Below are positions 32,206-39,556 of a stretch of DNA of 39,556 nt, in pieces. The stretch is from IMG/VR virus record IMGVR_UViG_3300044495_000019. One strand, 5' to 3'. The translations under genes and the position numbers were made by a program. The DNA is from a virus. The notes under the pieces are model-generated. The model did no database searches. It saw nothing but the letters and a program-made list of their open reading frames with translations, and was not told the DNA's origin. Each line of letters begins with the position of its first letter. The first letter of the stretch is position 1.

Positions 32206-33809
32206 ATCACTGCGAAATCGGTGACTGCCGCGAGATCATGCGCCGCTGGATCGACGATGGCGTCAAGGTGCAGATGTGCGTGACGAGTCCGCCGTACTGG
32301 GGTTTACGGGATTACGGAGTACCCGGGCAGCTCGGCCTCGAATCCACGCCCGAGGAATACGTCGCCAACATGGTCGAAATGTTCCGGCTGGTGCGCGAGC
32401 TGCTGGCGGATGATGGGACGCTGTGGCTGAATCTCGGGGACTCGTATTGCGCCAGCCCTAAGGGCAATCTTAACGGCCAAGACAAGAGTGGGCTGACGTC
32501 TACCAGAACTCAGGAGGCGTCGATTGTGGGGTTCTCAAAGCGCGGCAGCAATGTTCCACAGACCAAGAATCCCAACGTCTCTTACCCAGCCGACGCAGGA
32601 CATCGTCGCGTCTACATTCCCGGACTTAAGCCCAAAGACCTCGTAGGCATCCCGTGGGCTGTAGCACGCGCACTCCAAGCGCCCTACTACACTGGACGGA
32701 TTCCTAGAGAGCGTGATCGGGTTTGGTTGGCCGCCATGATTGATGGCGAGGGAAGCATTTGCGGATTTGATCATGACAGAGCGGACGGTGGTGGCCATAG
32801 GAGCGGGGTCCACATCACAATTACCAATACGTCAATTCCGCTGCTTGATGAGGCTGCGCGCATTTGGCCTACAAGTCGCAGCGAGCATCAACGCCCTTAT
32901 GCTGGACATTTAGGCACCAAGATTTCCTATCGCTGGTTGGTTCACAGCGTCGAAAACAAACTCGCTGTGTTACGCGAATTGTATCCGCACCTGATCGCAA
33001 AACGTCAGCAGGCCACCGTCGCTTATTCAATGCTACTGCTCATGGCAGATGCGAAGCGCCTCGGGCACTCGTCTCAGAAGGATGCGACGTTAGAAAAGCG
33101 GGCACTTCTGACTGCGCTACTTTCCGATCTCAATCACCAACGCCCAGTGACGCTTCCTGATTGGTTGACGGAGCCGCCAAGTCTCTTTGAACCGGGCTGG
33201 TATTTGCGCAGCGAGATTACCTGGTGCAAAAAGGTTCCGATGCCAGAATCCGTTACTGACAGGCCGACTTCTGCGACGGAAAAGATTTTCCTGCTCAGTA
33301 AGTCCGGACGCTACTACTACGATGCCGATGCCGTGCGTAACCCGCCGTCAGAAGCGTTCTTGAATGATCCACGATGGGAAACAGGATCAACTCTTGAGAA
33401 CGAGAAAGACGGGTACGAGGCTGCTGGAGCGCAGAATCCGAAGAAGCTGCATCGCATGTTCGACAAGCAGCGCGGCCACTCCAGACCCCACGCGGGGTTC
33501 AATGACCGATGGGACTCCATGCCGAAGGCCGAACAAATGAAGTTCGGCAGCAACATGCGGAATTACTGGGTACTGGGGCCAGAGCCGTACCCGGAAGCGC
33601 ATTTCGCCACCTTTCCACGTGAGATTCCGCGACGTTGCATCCTCGCTGGCTCGCGCTCGGGTGACATCGTGCTTGACCCCTTCATGGGGAGCGGAACCAC
33701 TGGAGAAGTGGCGCAGAATCTCGGACGTCAGTGGTTGGGCTGCGAGTTGAATCGGGATTACGTTCCGCTTCAACACGAACGCACGAAGCAACTTGGGATG
33801 GTGCTATGA
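32202..33809 (+). CDS. N4/N6 DNA methyltransferase (PF01555-type, SPPY motif) carrying an internal domain insertion
   Basis: MCVTSPPYWGLRDY, TLWLNLGDSYC, LKPKDLVGIPWAVARAL, then the insert, then GWYLRSEITWCKK, DRPTSATEKIFLLSK, VLDPFMGSGTTGEVA. Confidence 0.85.
   Translation: MNHCEIGDCREIMRRWIDDGVKVQMCVTSPPYWGLRDYGVPGQLGLESTPEEYVANMVEMFRLVRELLADDGTLWLNLGDSYCASPKGNLNGQDKSGLTSTRTQEASIVGFSKRGSNVPQTKNPNVSYPADAGHRRVYIPGLKPKDLVGIPWAVARALQAPYYTGRIPRERDRVWLAAMIDGEGSICGFDHDRADGGGHRSGVHITITNTSIPLLDEAARIWPTSRSEHQRPYAGHLGTKISYRWLVHSVENKLAVLRELYPHLIAKRQQATVAYSMLLLMADAKRLGHSSQKDATLEKRALLTALLSDLNHQRPVTLPDWLTEPPSLFEPGWYLRSEITWCKKVPMPESVTDRPTSATEKIFLLSKSGRYYYDADAVRNPPSEAFLNDPRWETGSTLENEKDGYEAAGAQNPKKLHRMFDKQRGHSRPHAGFNDRWDSMPKAEQMKFGSNMRNYWVLGPEPYPEAHFATFPREIPRRCILAGSRSGDIVLDPFMGSGTTGEVAQNLGRQWLGCELNRDYVPLQHERTKQLGMVL
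32679..33194 (+). other. In-frame I-CreI-like single-motif LAGLIDADG domain inserted in the methyltransferase core
   Basis: LAAMIDGEGSI (32727..32759) followed by ITITNTSIPLLDEAARIW and YRWLVHSVENKLAVLRELYPHLIAKRQQATVA. More AT-rich than the flanks. Confidence 0.6.
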
Positions 33810-35335
33810 GCGTCATTGCCGAGAAGCGCGTCGATCTCGATGTCGATTTTACGAACGCGCCGACCGTTTTCGATTTCTTCGAGGACGATTCGTTCGTCAC
33901 CGGCATCATGGGGCCGGTGGGAAGCGGAAAATCGTACGGGAGCGCGGCAAAACTCATGATGAAAGCGCTGGAGCAGAAGCCCTCCCCACGCGACGGCATC
34001 CGCTATTCGCGCTGGGCGGTGGTGCGCAATACGTACGGAGAACTGAAAACCACGACGCTCAAAACCTGGACGGAGTTGTTCCCCGAGCACCAGTGGGGGC
34101 GGCTCCTGTGGACGCCGCCGATCACGCACCACATCCGCATGCCGAAACGCGGCAAGATTCCGGGGCTCGACGCGGAGTTCATGTTCCTCGCGCTCGACCA
34201 GCCGAAGGACGTTCGCAAACTCCTCTCGCTCAACATCACCGGCTATTGGGCGAACGAGGCCCGCGAGCTCGGTTTCTCCATCATCACGCATCTGAATCGA
34301 CGCTGTGGACGATTTCCAGATAAGAAGATTCACGGCGGCCCGACCTGGCGCGGCGGCATTCTCGACACCAACGCCACCGACGAGGATCACTGGTGGTATC
34401 GCATCGCGGAGAAGGAGCGCCCCAAGGGCCGCTTCAAGTGGAGTTTCTACAAGCAACCGCCGGCCGCCTTCGAGCTGAAGGGCGAGCCCACCGCCGAGGA
34501 GGCCGATTCCTGCATTTTCGCTGCTGGCCGCTGGTGGCGCTTCAACCCGGACGCGGAAAATCTCGCGCACCTTCCGGAAGGCTACTACGAGCAGCAGATG
34601 GCGGGTGTGAAACTGGACGAGATCCGGTGTTATGTGGCCGCGCAGTACACGTTCGTCGCCGACGGCAAGCCGTTCTGGCCGGAGTTCGACCAGGAGGCGA
34701 TGACGGGCGAGCCGAAATTGGCGAAGGGCATTCCGCTACAGGTGGGACTTGATTTCGGCTTGACGCTGAATCCCGCCGCCGCCTTCGGCCAGCGCATGCC
34801 CGACGGGCATTGGAACATCCTCCACGAAATCGCTCTCGACGAAATGGGCCTCGAGCGCTTCGGGCAGCGGCTCCTCTCGGATATGCAGCTCCACTTCCCG
34901 AACGAGAAAGTAATCGCCTGGGGCGATCCCTCGGCCGAATCACGCGATCCGGTCTACGAGCGCGTGTGCGCGGATTATCTGCGCGGGCTCGGGCTGCAGT
35001 TGCGCCCCTGCGAGACCAACGATGTGGACGCCCGGCGCGACGCCGGCGCCGCCCCCATGCTCCGGAGAAATGGCCTTACCATCCATCGCAACTGCAAGTA
35101 CATGGTGAAGGCGTTGGCCGGCGGCTACCACTTCAAGCGCGTGCGGGTCGGCGGCAAGGACTTCTTCCGCGACAAGCCGAACAAGAACCTGCTCTCGAAC
35201 ATCGGCGATGCCTACGGCTATCTCATGCTCGGGGGCGGGGAGTACCGAAAGCTGACGCGCGCCGCGCCACTCAATCCCGCCTTCGCGCAGGGCAGTTTCA
35301 GCGCCAAGACGGACTTCGACGTGTTTGCGGCGTGA
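33806..35335 (+). CDS. terL: Terminase large subunit
   Basis: ATGA overlap with the methyltransferase stop. Walker A GIMGPVGSGKSYG. 509 aa. Located upstream of the portal gene. Confidence 0.8.
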   Translation: MSVIAEKRVDLDVDFTNAPTVFDFFEDDSFVTGIMGPVGSGKSYGSAAKLMMKALEQKPSPRDGIRYSRWAVVRNTYGELKTTTLKTWTELFPEHQWGRLLWTPPITHHIRMPKRGKIPGLDAEFMFLALDQPKDVRKLLSLNITGYWANEARELGFSIITHLNRRCGRFPDKKIHGGPTWRGGILDTNATDEDHWWYRIAEKERPKGRFKWSFYKQPPAAFELKGEPTAEEADSCIFAAGRWWRFNPDAENLAHLPEGYYEQQMAGVKLDEIRCYVAAQYTFVADGKPFWPEFDQEAMTGEPKLAKGIPLQVGLDFGLTLNPAAAFGQRMPDGHWNILHEIALDEMGLERFGQRLLSDMQLHFPNEKVIAWGDPSAESRDPVYERVCADYLRGLGLQLRPCETNDVDARRDAGAAPMLRRNGLTIHRNCKYMVKALAGGYHFKRVRVGGKDFFRDKPNKNLLSNIGDAYGYLMLGGGEYRKLTRAAPLNPAFAQGSFSAKTDFDVFAA

Positions 35336-35637
35336 TGCCGATCGACTACTCTACCTATCCGCCGGACTGGAAACTGCGCAGCCGGTTCGTGCGCTTCTAC
35401 AGGGCGCGCAATCGCTGCGAGTGGTGTGGTGCCGAGAACGGTAAATCGCATCCACTGACCGGCAGCCGCGTCGTGCTCACGGTCGCGCACGTCTACGATA
35501 TGACGCACGCGAACGCGAGTCTCTTGAACCTCGCCGCGCTCTGCCAGCGCTGCCACCTGAATCATGACCGAGCGCACCACATGGAAAATGCCTGGAAAAC
35601 ACGCCGGCTGAAAAAGGCGAATGGCGAACTCTTTTGA
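35335..35637 (+). CDS. HNH endonuclease (terminase-associated type)
   Basis: The ATG overlaps the terL stop (TGATG). RCEWCGAENG...VLTVAHVYD...NLAALCQRCHLNHDRAHH. Confidence 0.75.
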   Translation: MPIDYSTYPPDWKLRSRFVRFYRARNRCEWCGAENGKSHPLTGSRVVLTVAHVYDMTHANASLLNLAALCQRCHLNHDRAHHMENAWKTRRLKKANGELF

Positions 35638-36091
35638 CGCGGAAGCCCTCAACGCCGCCCTCCCCCGCCCGGCGGATACCTGGATCGTTCCCTTCGCCGA
35701 TTACCACTTGATCATCGTCGGCGAGCCGCACCAGGCGCTCATGGAACAGGTGCGCCACGGCCCCGCATTCACGCTGATCCACGAAGGGCGGATCGCCGCG
35801 TTGTGGGGACTCGTCCTCCTTTGGCCGCACGTGGCCGAGGCGTGGATGATCGCGACCCCGCAGTTGAAGCCGATCGCCATCCCCTTCACCTACGGCGCGC
35901 GGCGCTTCTGCGCTATCGCCGCGCAATCACTCGACTTGCATCGGATGCAGATTCACGTGCAAACTTCAAACGCTGTGTTTCTGCGCTGGGCAGTTGCGGC
36001 GCGCTTTCGCCCCGAAGCAGTGCTGAAACGCTATACCTCGACCGGCGAGGACGTTTACGTGATGGCGAGATTTTTCAAGGAGCAGCCATGA
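35621..36091 (+). CDS. GNAT-like acetyltransferase-fold protein
   Basis: 156 aa. ...AEAWMIATPQL...LHRMQIHVQTSNAVFLRWAVAARFRPEAVLKRYTSTGEDVYVMARF resembles the GNAT C-terminal half. Weak call. Confidence 0.4.
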   Translation: MANSFDAEALNAALPRPADTWIVPFADYHLIIVGEPHQALMEQVRHGPAFTLIHEGRIAALWGLVLLWPHVAEAWMIATPQLKPIAIPFTYGARRFCAIAAQSLDLHRMQIHVQTSNAVFLRWAVAARFRPEAVLKRYTSTGEDVYVMARFFKEQP

Positions 36092-36360
36092 AAGAAATCG
36101 GCAAGGTACTTGACCCGCTCGGAGGCACGATGAAAGTGGCCGGCCCCATGTTGGGCGAGGGCGGATCCGCTCCAAAAGGGGCTGGCGATCAGCCGATCCT
36201 GGCACGGCAGGAATCAGAAGCCGATGTCGAGCGCCGCCGCCTGCTGGCTGAGCAGCAGGCCCGCCAGCGCGCGGCGCGCCGCGGCGGCTACCGGGCGCTG
36301 CTTTCCCAACAGCGTCTTTCTCCCGAGACCGGCCTGCAGACGACTTTGGGCGTCGCCTAA
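36088..36360 (+). CDS. Small hypothetical protein upstream of the portal
   Basis: ATGA overlap with the upstream gene. 90 aa. Basic RRRLLAEQQARQRAARRGGYRALLS segment. Confidence 0.55.
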   Translation: MKEIGKVLDPLGGTMKVAGPMLGEGGSAPKGAGDQPILARQESEADVERRRLLAEQQARQRAARRGGYRALLSQQRLSPETGLQTTLGVA

Positions 36361-36363
36361 CCC

Positions 36364-37968
36364 GTGGCCGAGGCGAAGAAAAGAACGGGAAAACTCTCCC
36401 CCAAGGAGATCCGCGCCCGCTTCGACAAGTGCGACAAGAAGTGGGAGGAAACCCGCGCATTGGTCGAGCTCTGCTACACCTTCGCCTGCCCGCAGCGAAA
36501 CCTGTTCGATGGGCAGTACGAGGGCGGCACCCAAGGCGGCGGCAAGATGAATCTCGTGTTCGACTCGACCGCGATCTCCTCGCTTGACCGCTTCGCCAAC
36601 CGCATCCAGGCCAATGTCTTTCCGCCGCAGGGCGAATGGTGTCGGCAGGAAACCGGGACCGACATCCCGGAGGGCGCGCGGGAGAAAACGCAGAAAGTCC
36701 TCGAAGCCTTCAACAAACGCATGTTCGCCGTCATGCGCTCCTCCAACTTCGACATCGCGATGGGCGAATTCCTGCATGACTTGGGCATTGGCACCGCCCA
36801 CATGATCGTGCAGGCGGGCGACGCGGTGAATCCGGTCAATTACACCGCCGTGCCGCCGTACCTCGTGCGCTTCGAGGAGGATGAATTCGGCAAGCCTTGC
36901 AATCACTTCCGCAAGATGAAAGTGAAAGCCGAGCTGATCGAGACCATGTGGAAGGGCGCGGACCTCGACAATGACTTGACAACCGCCGTCAAGGACAAGC
37001 CCTACGATGAAGTCGATCTGCTGGAAGCCTCACTCCGTGACCGCGAAACCGGACGCTACCACTATCACGTGCTCTACAAGGAGCATGAGGTTTTCTACAA
37101 GGCGAAGCGCTACTCGAACTGGTTGACGGCGCGTTACTCGAAATTGCCCGGCGAGACGATGGGCCGCGGGCCGGTGATTTCCGCGCTCCCCGATATTCGC
37201 ACCTTGAACAAAGTCAAGGAACTGGTGCTGAAGAACGCCGCGCTTGCGGTCTCCGGCGTATACACAGGGCGCGACGACGGCGTGTTGAATCCCAACAACG
37301 TCAAGATCACGCCGGGAATGGTGATCGGAGTCCACGCCAATGCCGGCCCGCAGGGACCGTCACTGCAGGCGTTGAAATCCGGCGCTGATTTCAACGTCGC
37401 GCAGTTGATCGTGAACGACCTCGTGATGTCCATCAAGCGCATCCTGCTCGATGAATCACTGCCGCCGGATACCGCGAGCGCCCGCTCCGCGACCGAGATC
37501 ATCGAGCGCATGAAGGAACTCGCGCAAAATCTGGGCTCGGCCTTCGGGCGCCTGATCGACGAGGTGATGATCCCGCTGGTGGAAATCACGATGTACGTGC
37601 TGGACGAGGCCGGAGTGGTGGACTTCCCGCTGCGGATCAACGGGCGCGAGGTCAAGGTGACGCCGGTCGCGCCCCTTGCGATGGCGCAGCACCTGGATGA
37701 AGTTGAGACGATCGTGAATTACACGATGATGATGGGCCAGTTATTCGGGCCTGAAGGCCAGGTCGCAGTCAACGAATCGGTGGCGATCGACTACGTTGGC
37801 GACCGGTTGGGCGTACCGCTCTCCATTCGCCGCAATGCGACCGAGCGCGCCGGCAAGGTCGAAGAACTCCAGGCGCAGATCGCCGCCGCCGCGCAAGCCG
37901 CTGGCGCCGCACAGGCGCAACAAGCAGGCGCGGCAAAGCAACCAGCACCAATGCCGATGGCGGCGTGA
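36364..37968 (+). CDS. Portal protein (T7 gp8-type head-to-tail connector)
   Basis: 534 aa with a GTG start. Size and position match podoviral connectors. Ala/Gln-rich C-terminal tail. Confidence 0.75.
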   Translation: MAEAKKRTGKLSPKEIRARFDKCDKKWEETRALVELCYTFACPQRNLFDGQYEGGTQGGGKMNLVFDSTAISSLDRFANRIQANVFPPQGEWCRQETGTDIPEGAREKTQKVLEAFNKRMFAVMRSSNFDIAMGEFLHDLGIGTAHMIVQAGDAVNPVNYTAVPPYLVRFEEDEFGKPCNHFRKMKVKAELIETMWKGADLDNDLTTAVKDKPYDEVDLLEASLRDRETGRYHYHVLYKEHEVFYKAKRYSNWLTARYSKLPGETMGRGPVISALPDIRTLNKVKELVLKNAALAVSGVYTGRDDGVLNPNNVKITPGMVIGVHANAGPQGPSLQALKSGADFNVAQLIVNDLVMSIKRILLDESLPPDTASARSATEIIERMKELAQNLGSAFGRLIDEVMIPLVEITMYVLDEAGVVDFPLRINGREVKVTPVAPLAMAQHLDEVETIVNYTMMMGQLFGPEGQVAVNESVAIDYVGDRLGVPLSIRRNATERAGKVEELQAQIAAAAQAAGAAQAQQAGAAKQPAPMPMAA

Positions 37969-38141
37969 TGCCTTCAAAAAGCGCCAAGCAGGCGAGAACG
38001 ATGCGGGGTGCAGCGCATGATCCAGCGTATGCAAAGAAGATGGGAATCCCGCAATCGGTCGCACGTGAGTACGTCGCGGCTGACAAGCACAAAGCGAAGA
38101 AGCGCGGAAAACGCCACATGATGAGGGATGCGAAAGCATGA
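37968..38141 (+). CDS. DUF3008-like small basic protein (57 aa), not in the ORF track
   Basis: The ATG overlaps the portal stop (TGATG). Hand translation gives MPSKSAKQARTMRGAAHDPAYAKKMGIPQSVAREYVAADKHKAKKRGK... Confidence 0.5.
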   Translation: MPSKSAKQARTMRGAAHDPAYAKKMGIPQSVAREYVAADKHKAKKRGKRHMMRDAKA

Positions 38142-38554
38142 GATTTGATGATCCACAAATGCTGCGAGTTTGGAGAACATGGATTCAAATGCGCTATAGA
38201 TGTCGCAGCGTAAAAAAATACTCCGGCATCACTGTTTGCGACTCATGGAACAACAGATCCGATGGCTTTGCCAATTTCCTGAGAGATATGGGAATTCCTG
38301 ACAACGGAAAAAGCATGGATCGAATTGACGGATCGAAAGGCTATTCTCCAGACAATTGCCGATGGGCAACCGTAACGATTCAAAATAGAAATAGGCGTAC
38401 CATCAAGTTATCAGAAACAATCGTCTTTCACGCCAGAAGATTATATGCAATGGGAATCTCTGGTCGAAGATTGGCGAGGATTCTAGGTGTTTCTCCTGAG
38501 ACAATGCGCGATGCACTCATCATGAAAACATGGAAAACGAATGGGCTGGGATGA
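38138..38554 (+). CDS. Free-standing HNH-family homing endonuclease-like protein with a C-terminal HTH
   Basis: W..M..RC...KYSGITVCDSW...FANFLRDMG...SMDRIDGSKGYSPDNCRWATVTIQNRN. Conspicuously AT-rich relative to the flanks. Confidence 0.65.
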   Translation: MRFDDPQMLRVWRTWIQMRYRCRSVKKYSGITVCDSWNNRSDGFANFLRDMGIPDNGKSMDRIDGSKGYSPDNCRWATVTIQNRNRRTIKLSETIVFHARRLYAMGISGRRLARILGVSPETMRDALIMKTWKTNGLG

Positions 38555-38801
38555 TCTCGACGAAGTAAAGCTGCCGCCGGTCGGTGATATCGACCTGACG
38601 GATAAGTTGTTCATGGAAGCGCTGAATACTCCAGCGGGAAAGCGCTTGCTTGCCTACTGGAAACGCACTTATCTCGATAAGCCGGTGTGCGAAGTGGGCG
38701 CCGGCTCGGATGCCGGTTTTCACCGCGAAGGGCAAAACTACGTCGTGCGCGAAGCGCTGACGCGAATGGACCGCGCACTCAAACCGAAAGGAGCGAAATA
38801 A
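38541..38801 (+). CDS. Small conserved head-module protein (possibly Bbp19-like)
   Basis: 86 aa. FMEALNTPAGKRLLAYWKRTYL...REGQNYVVREAL. The stop overlaps the scaffold ATG (TAATG). Confidence 0.5.
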   Translation: MGWDDLDEVKLPPVGDIDLTDKLFMEALNTPAGKRLLAYWKRTYLDKPVCEVGAGSDAGFHREGQNYVVREALTRMDRALKPKGAK

Positions 38802-39556
38802 TGGTCGAAGCCGCAGCAGTAGTCACAGATGCCGTACCGAATCCAGATGCAAAAGGCTTGATCGACGACGCCAAGCCTGTCACGGATGCGCCGAAGCCGG
38901 AAGATCAGGATGGCGTTGCCGGCGCGCACTTGGTCAAAGACACGACTGCGGATGCGCAGGCCGCCGAACTCGCCAAGCGCGAGCGCCCCGCCTACCTGCC
39001 GGAGAAGTTTTGGGATGCCGAGAAGAAAGAAGCGCGGCTCGATGTCATGTCGAAATCCTATTCCGAACTCGAAAAGAACTTCAAGCTCGGCAAGCACAAG
39101 GCTCCCACCGACGGCAAGTATTCGATGGACGTTTTTGCCGACAAGATTCCAGAGAATGATCCGCTGCGCACGGCCTACATCGCTTGGGCGACGAAGTATG
39201 GGCTATCCCAGGGCGCATTCGACGAGTTGGCCGGGCAGGTATCCGAACTCTCAGCCGCCAGCGAGAAGGAATTTCAAGTTTCCTACAAGGCCGAGCGCGA
39301 AGCTCTCGGCGCGAATGCGGATGCCATCATCAACTCGATGACCGATTGGGCGCGCGGGTTTGTCAGGTCCGGCGTCTGGTCAACCGAAGACTTCGAGGAG
39401 TTCAAGGTGATGGGCGGCACCGCCGCTGGCATGCGGGCTCTGATGCGGATGCGGGAAAGTTACGAGGGTCGCATTCCCATCGATCACACGACACCCTCCG
39501 CTGACCGGCCGACGCGGGAGGAACTCGATTCGATGGTCGGCGACAAGCGCTACCTG
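38801..39556 (+). CDS. Scaffolding-like protein, N-terminal part (continues across the circular junction to 199)
   Basis: ATG at 38801. Open to the end of the window and in the same frame as 2..199 via the 127-bp repeat. Acidic/helical with ERPAYLPEKFWD. Located between the portal and the MCP. Confidence 0.7.
   Translation, partial: MVEAAAVVTDAVPNPDAKGLIDDAKPVTDAPKPEDQDGVAGAHLVKDTTADAQAAELAKRERPAYLPEKFWDAEKKEARLDVMSKSYSELEKNFKLGKHKAPTDGKYSMDVFADKIPENDPLRTAYIAWATKYGLSQGAFDELAGQVSELSAASEKEFQVSYKAEREALGANADAIINSMTDWARGFVRSGVWSTEDFEEFKVMGGTAAGMRALMRMRESYEGRIPIDHTTPSADRPTREELDSMVGDKRYL
39430..39556. repeat. Right copy of the exact 127-bp terminal duplication
   Basis: Identical to 1..127. The window ends exactly at the end of the repeat. 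Confidence 0.95.

Noticed and set aside
32679-33194. Intein hypothesis for the methyltransferase insertion
   Set aside because: The insert is only about 170 aa. That is enough for a LAGLIDADG domain but not for Hint splicing blocks as well. No Cys/Ser at the N-junction and no His-Asn plus Cys/Ser/Thr at the C-junction were seen.

Overview
The window is a complete, circularly closed tailed-phage genome. Bases 1..127 are repeated exactly at 39430..39556, and one gene (scaffold-like, 38801..39556 continuing as 2..199) reads in frame across that junction. The unique length is therefore 39,429 bp. Genes are tightly packed, with many ATGA/GTGA/TAATG start-stop overlaps.

Rightward (+) genes start at a divergent promoter switch near 27.9 kb. 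They run through early genes (RHH regulator, VRR-NUC nuclease, wHTH/replication-like proteins), then a 361-nt intergenic region where G/C strand skew flips abruptly. Packaging and morphogenesis follow: terS-like, DNA methyltransferase, terL, HNH, GNAT-like, T7-type portal, scaffold, major capsid, gp11/gp12-like tail tubular proteins, internal virion proteins and two beta-helix fibre/spike proteins. The + block ends with a lysis cassette carrying embedded Rz/Rz1-type spanins, which implies a Gram-negative host.

Leftward (-) genes (27866 down to 21794) encode a small serine recombinase, several tiny proteins including an unlisted lipoprotein, a RecE-like exonuclease, an HNH insert, a Sak4-like ATPase, and a four-gene operon ending in a 31-repeat pentapeptide-repeat protein. 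I saw no RNA or DNA polymerase, intact tRNA, CRISPR array, reverse transcriptase or tyrosine integrase.

The most unusual features are:
- a four-gene glycosyltransferase island between the capsid and tail-adaptor genes, which is my best candidate for an undescribed virion-glycosylation system;
- an I-CreI-like LAGLIDADG domain inserted in frame in the DNA methyltransferase;
- a DUF5675-like protein in the endolysin slot;
- the pentapeptide-repeat operon;
- a quasi-palindromic pair of mutually overlapping divergent promoters.

All family names come from motif recognition by eye. No database search was possible.
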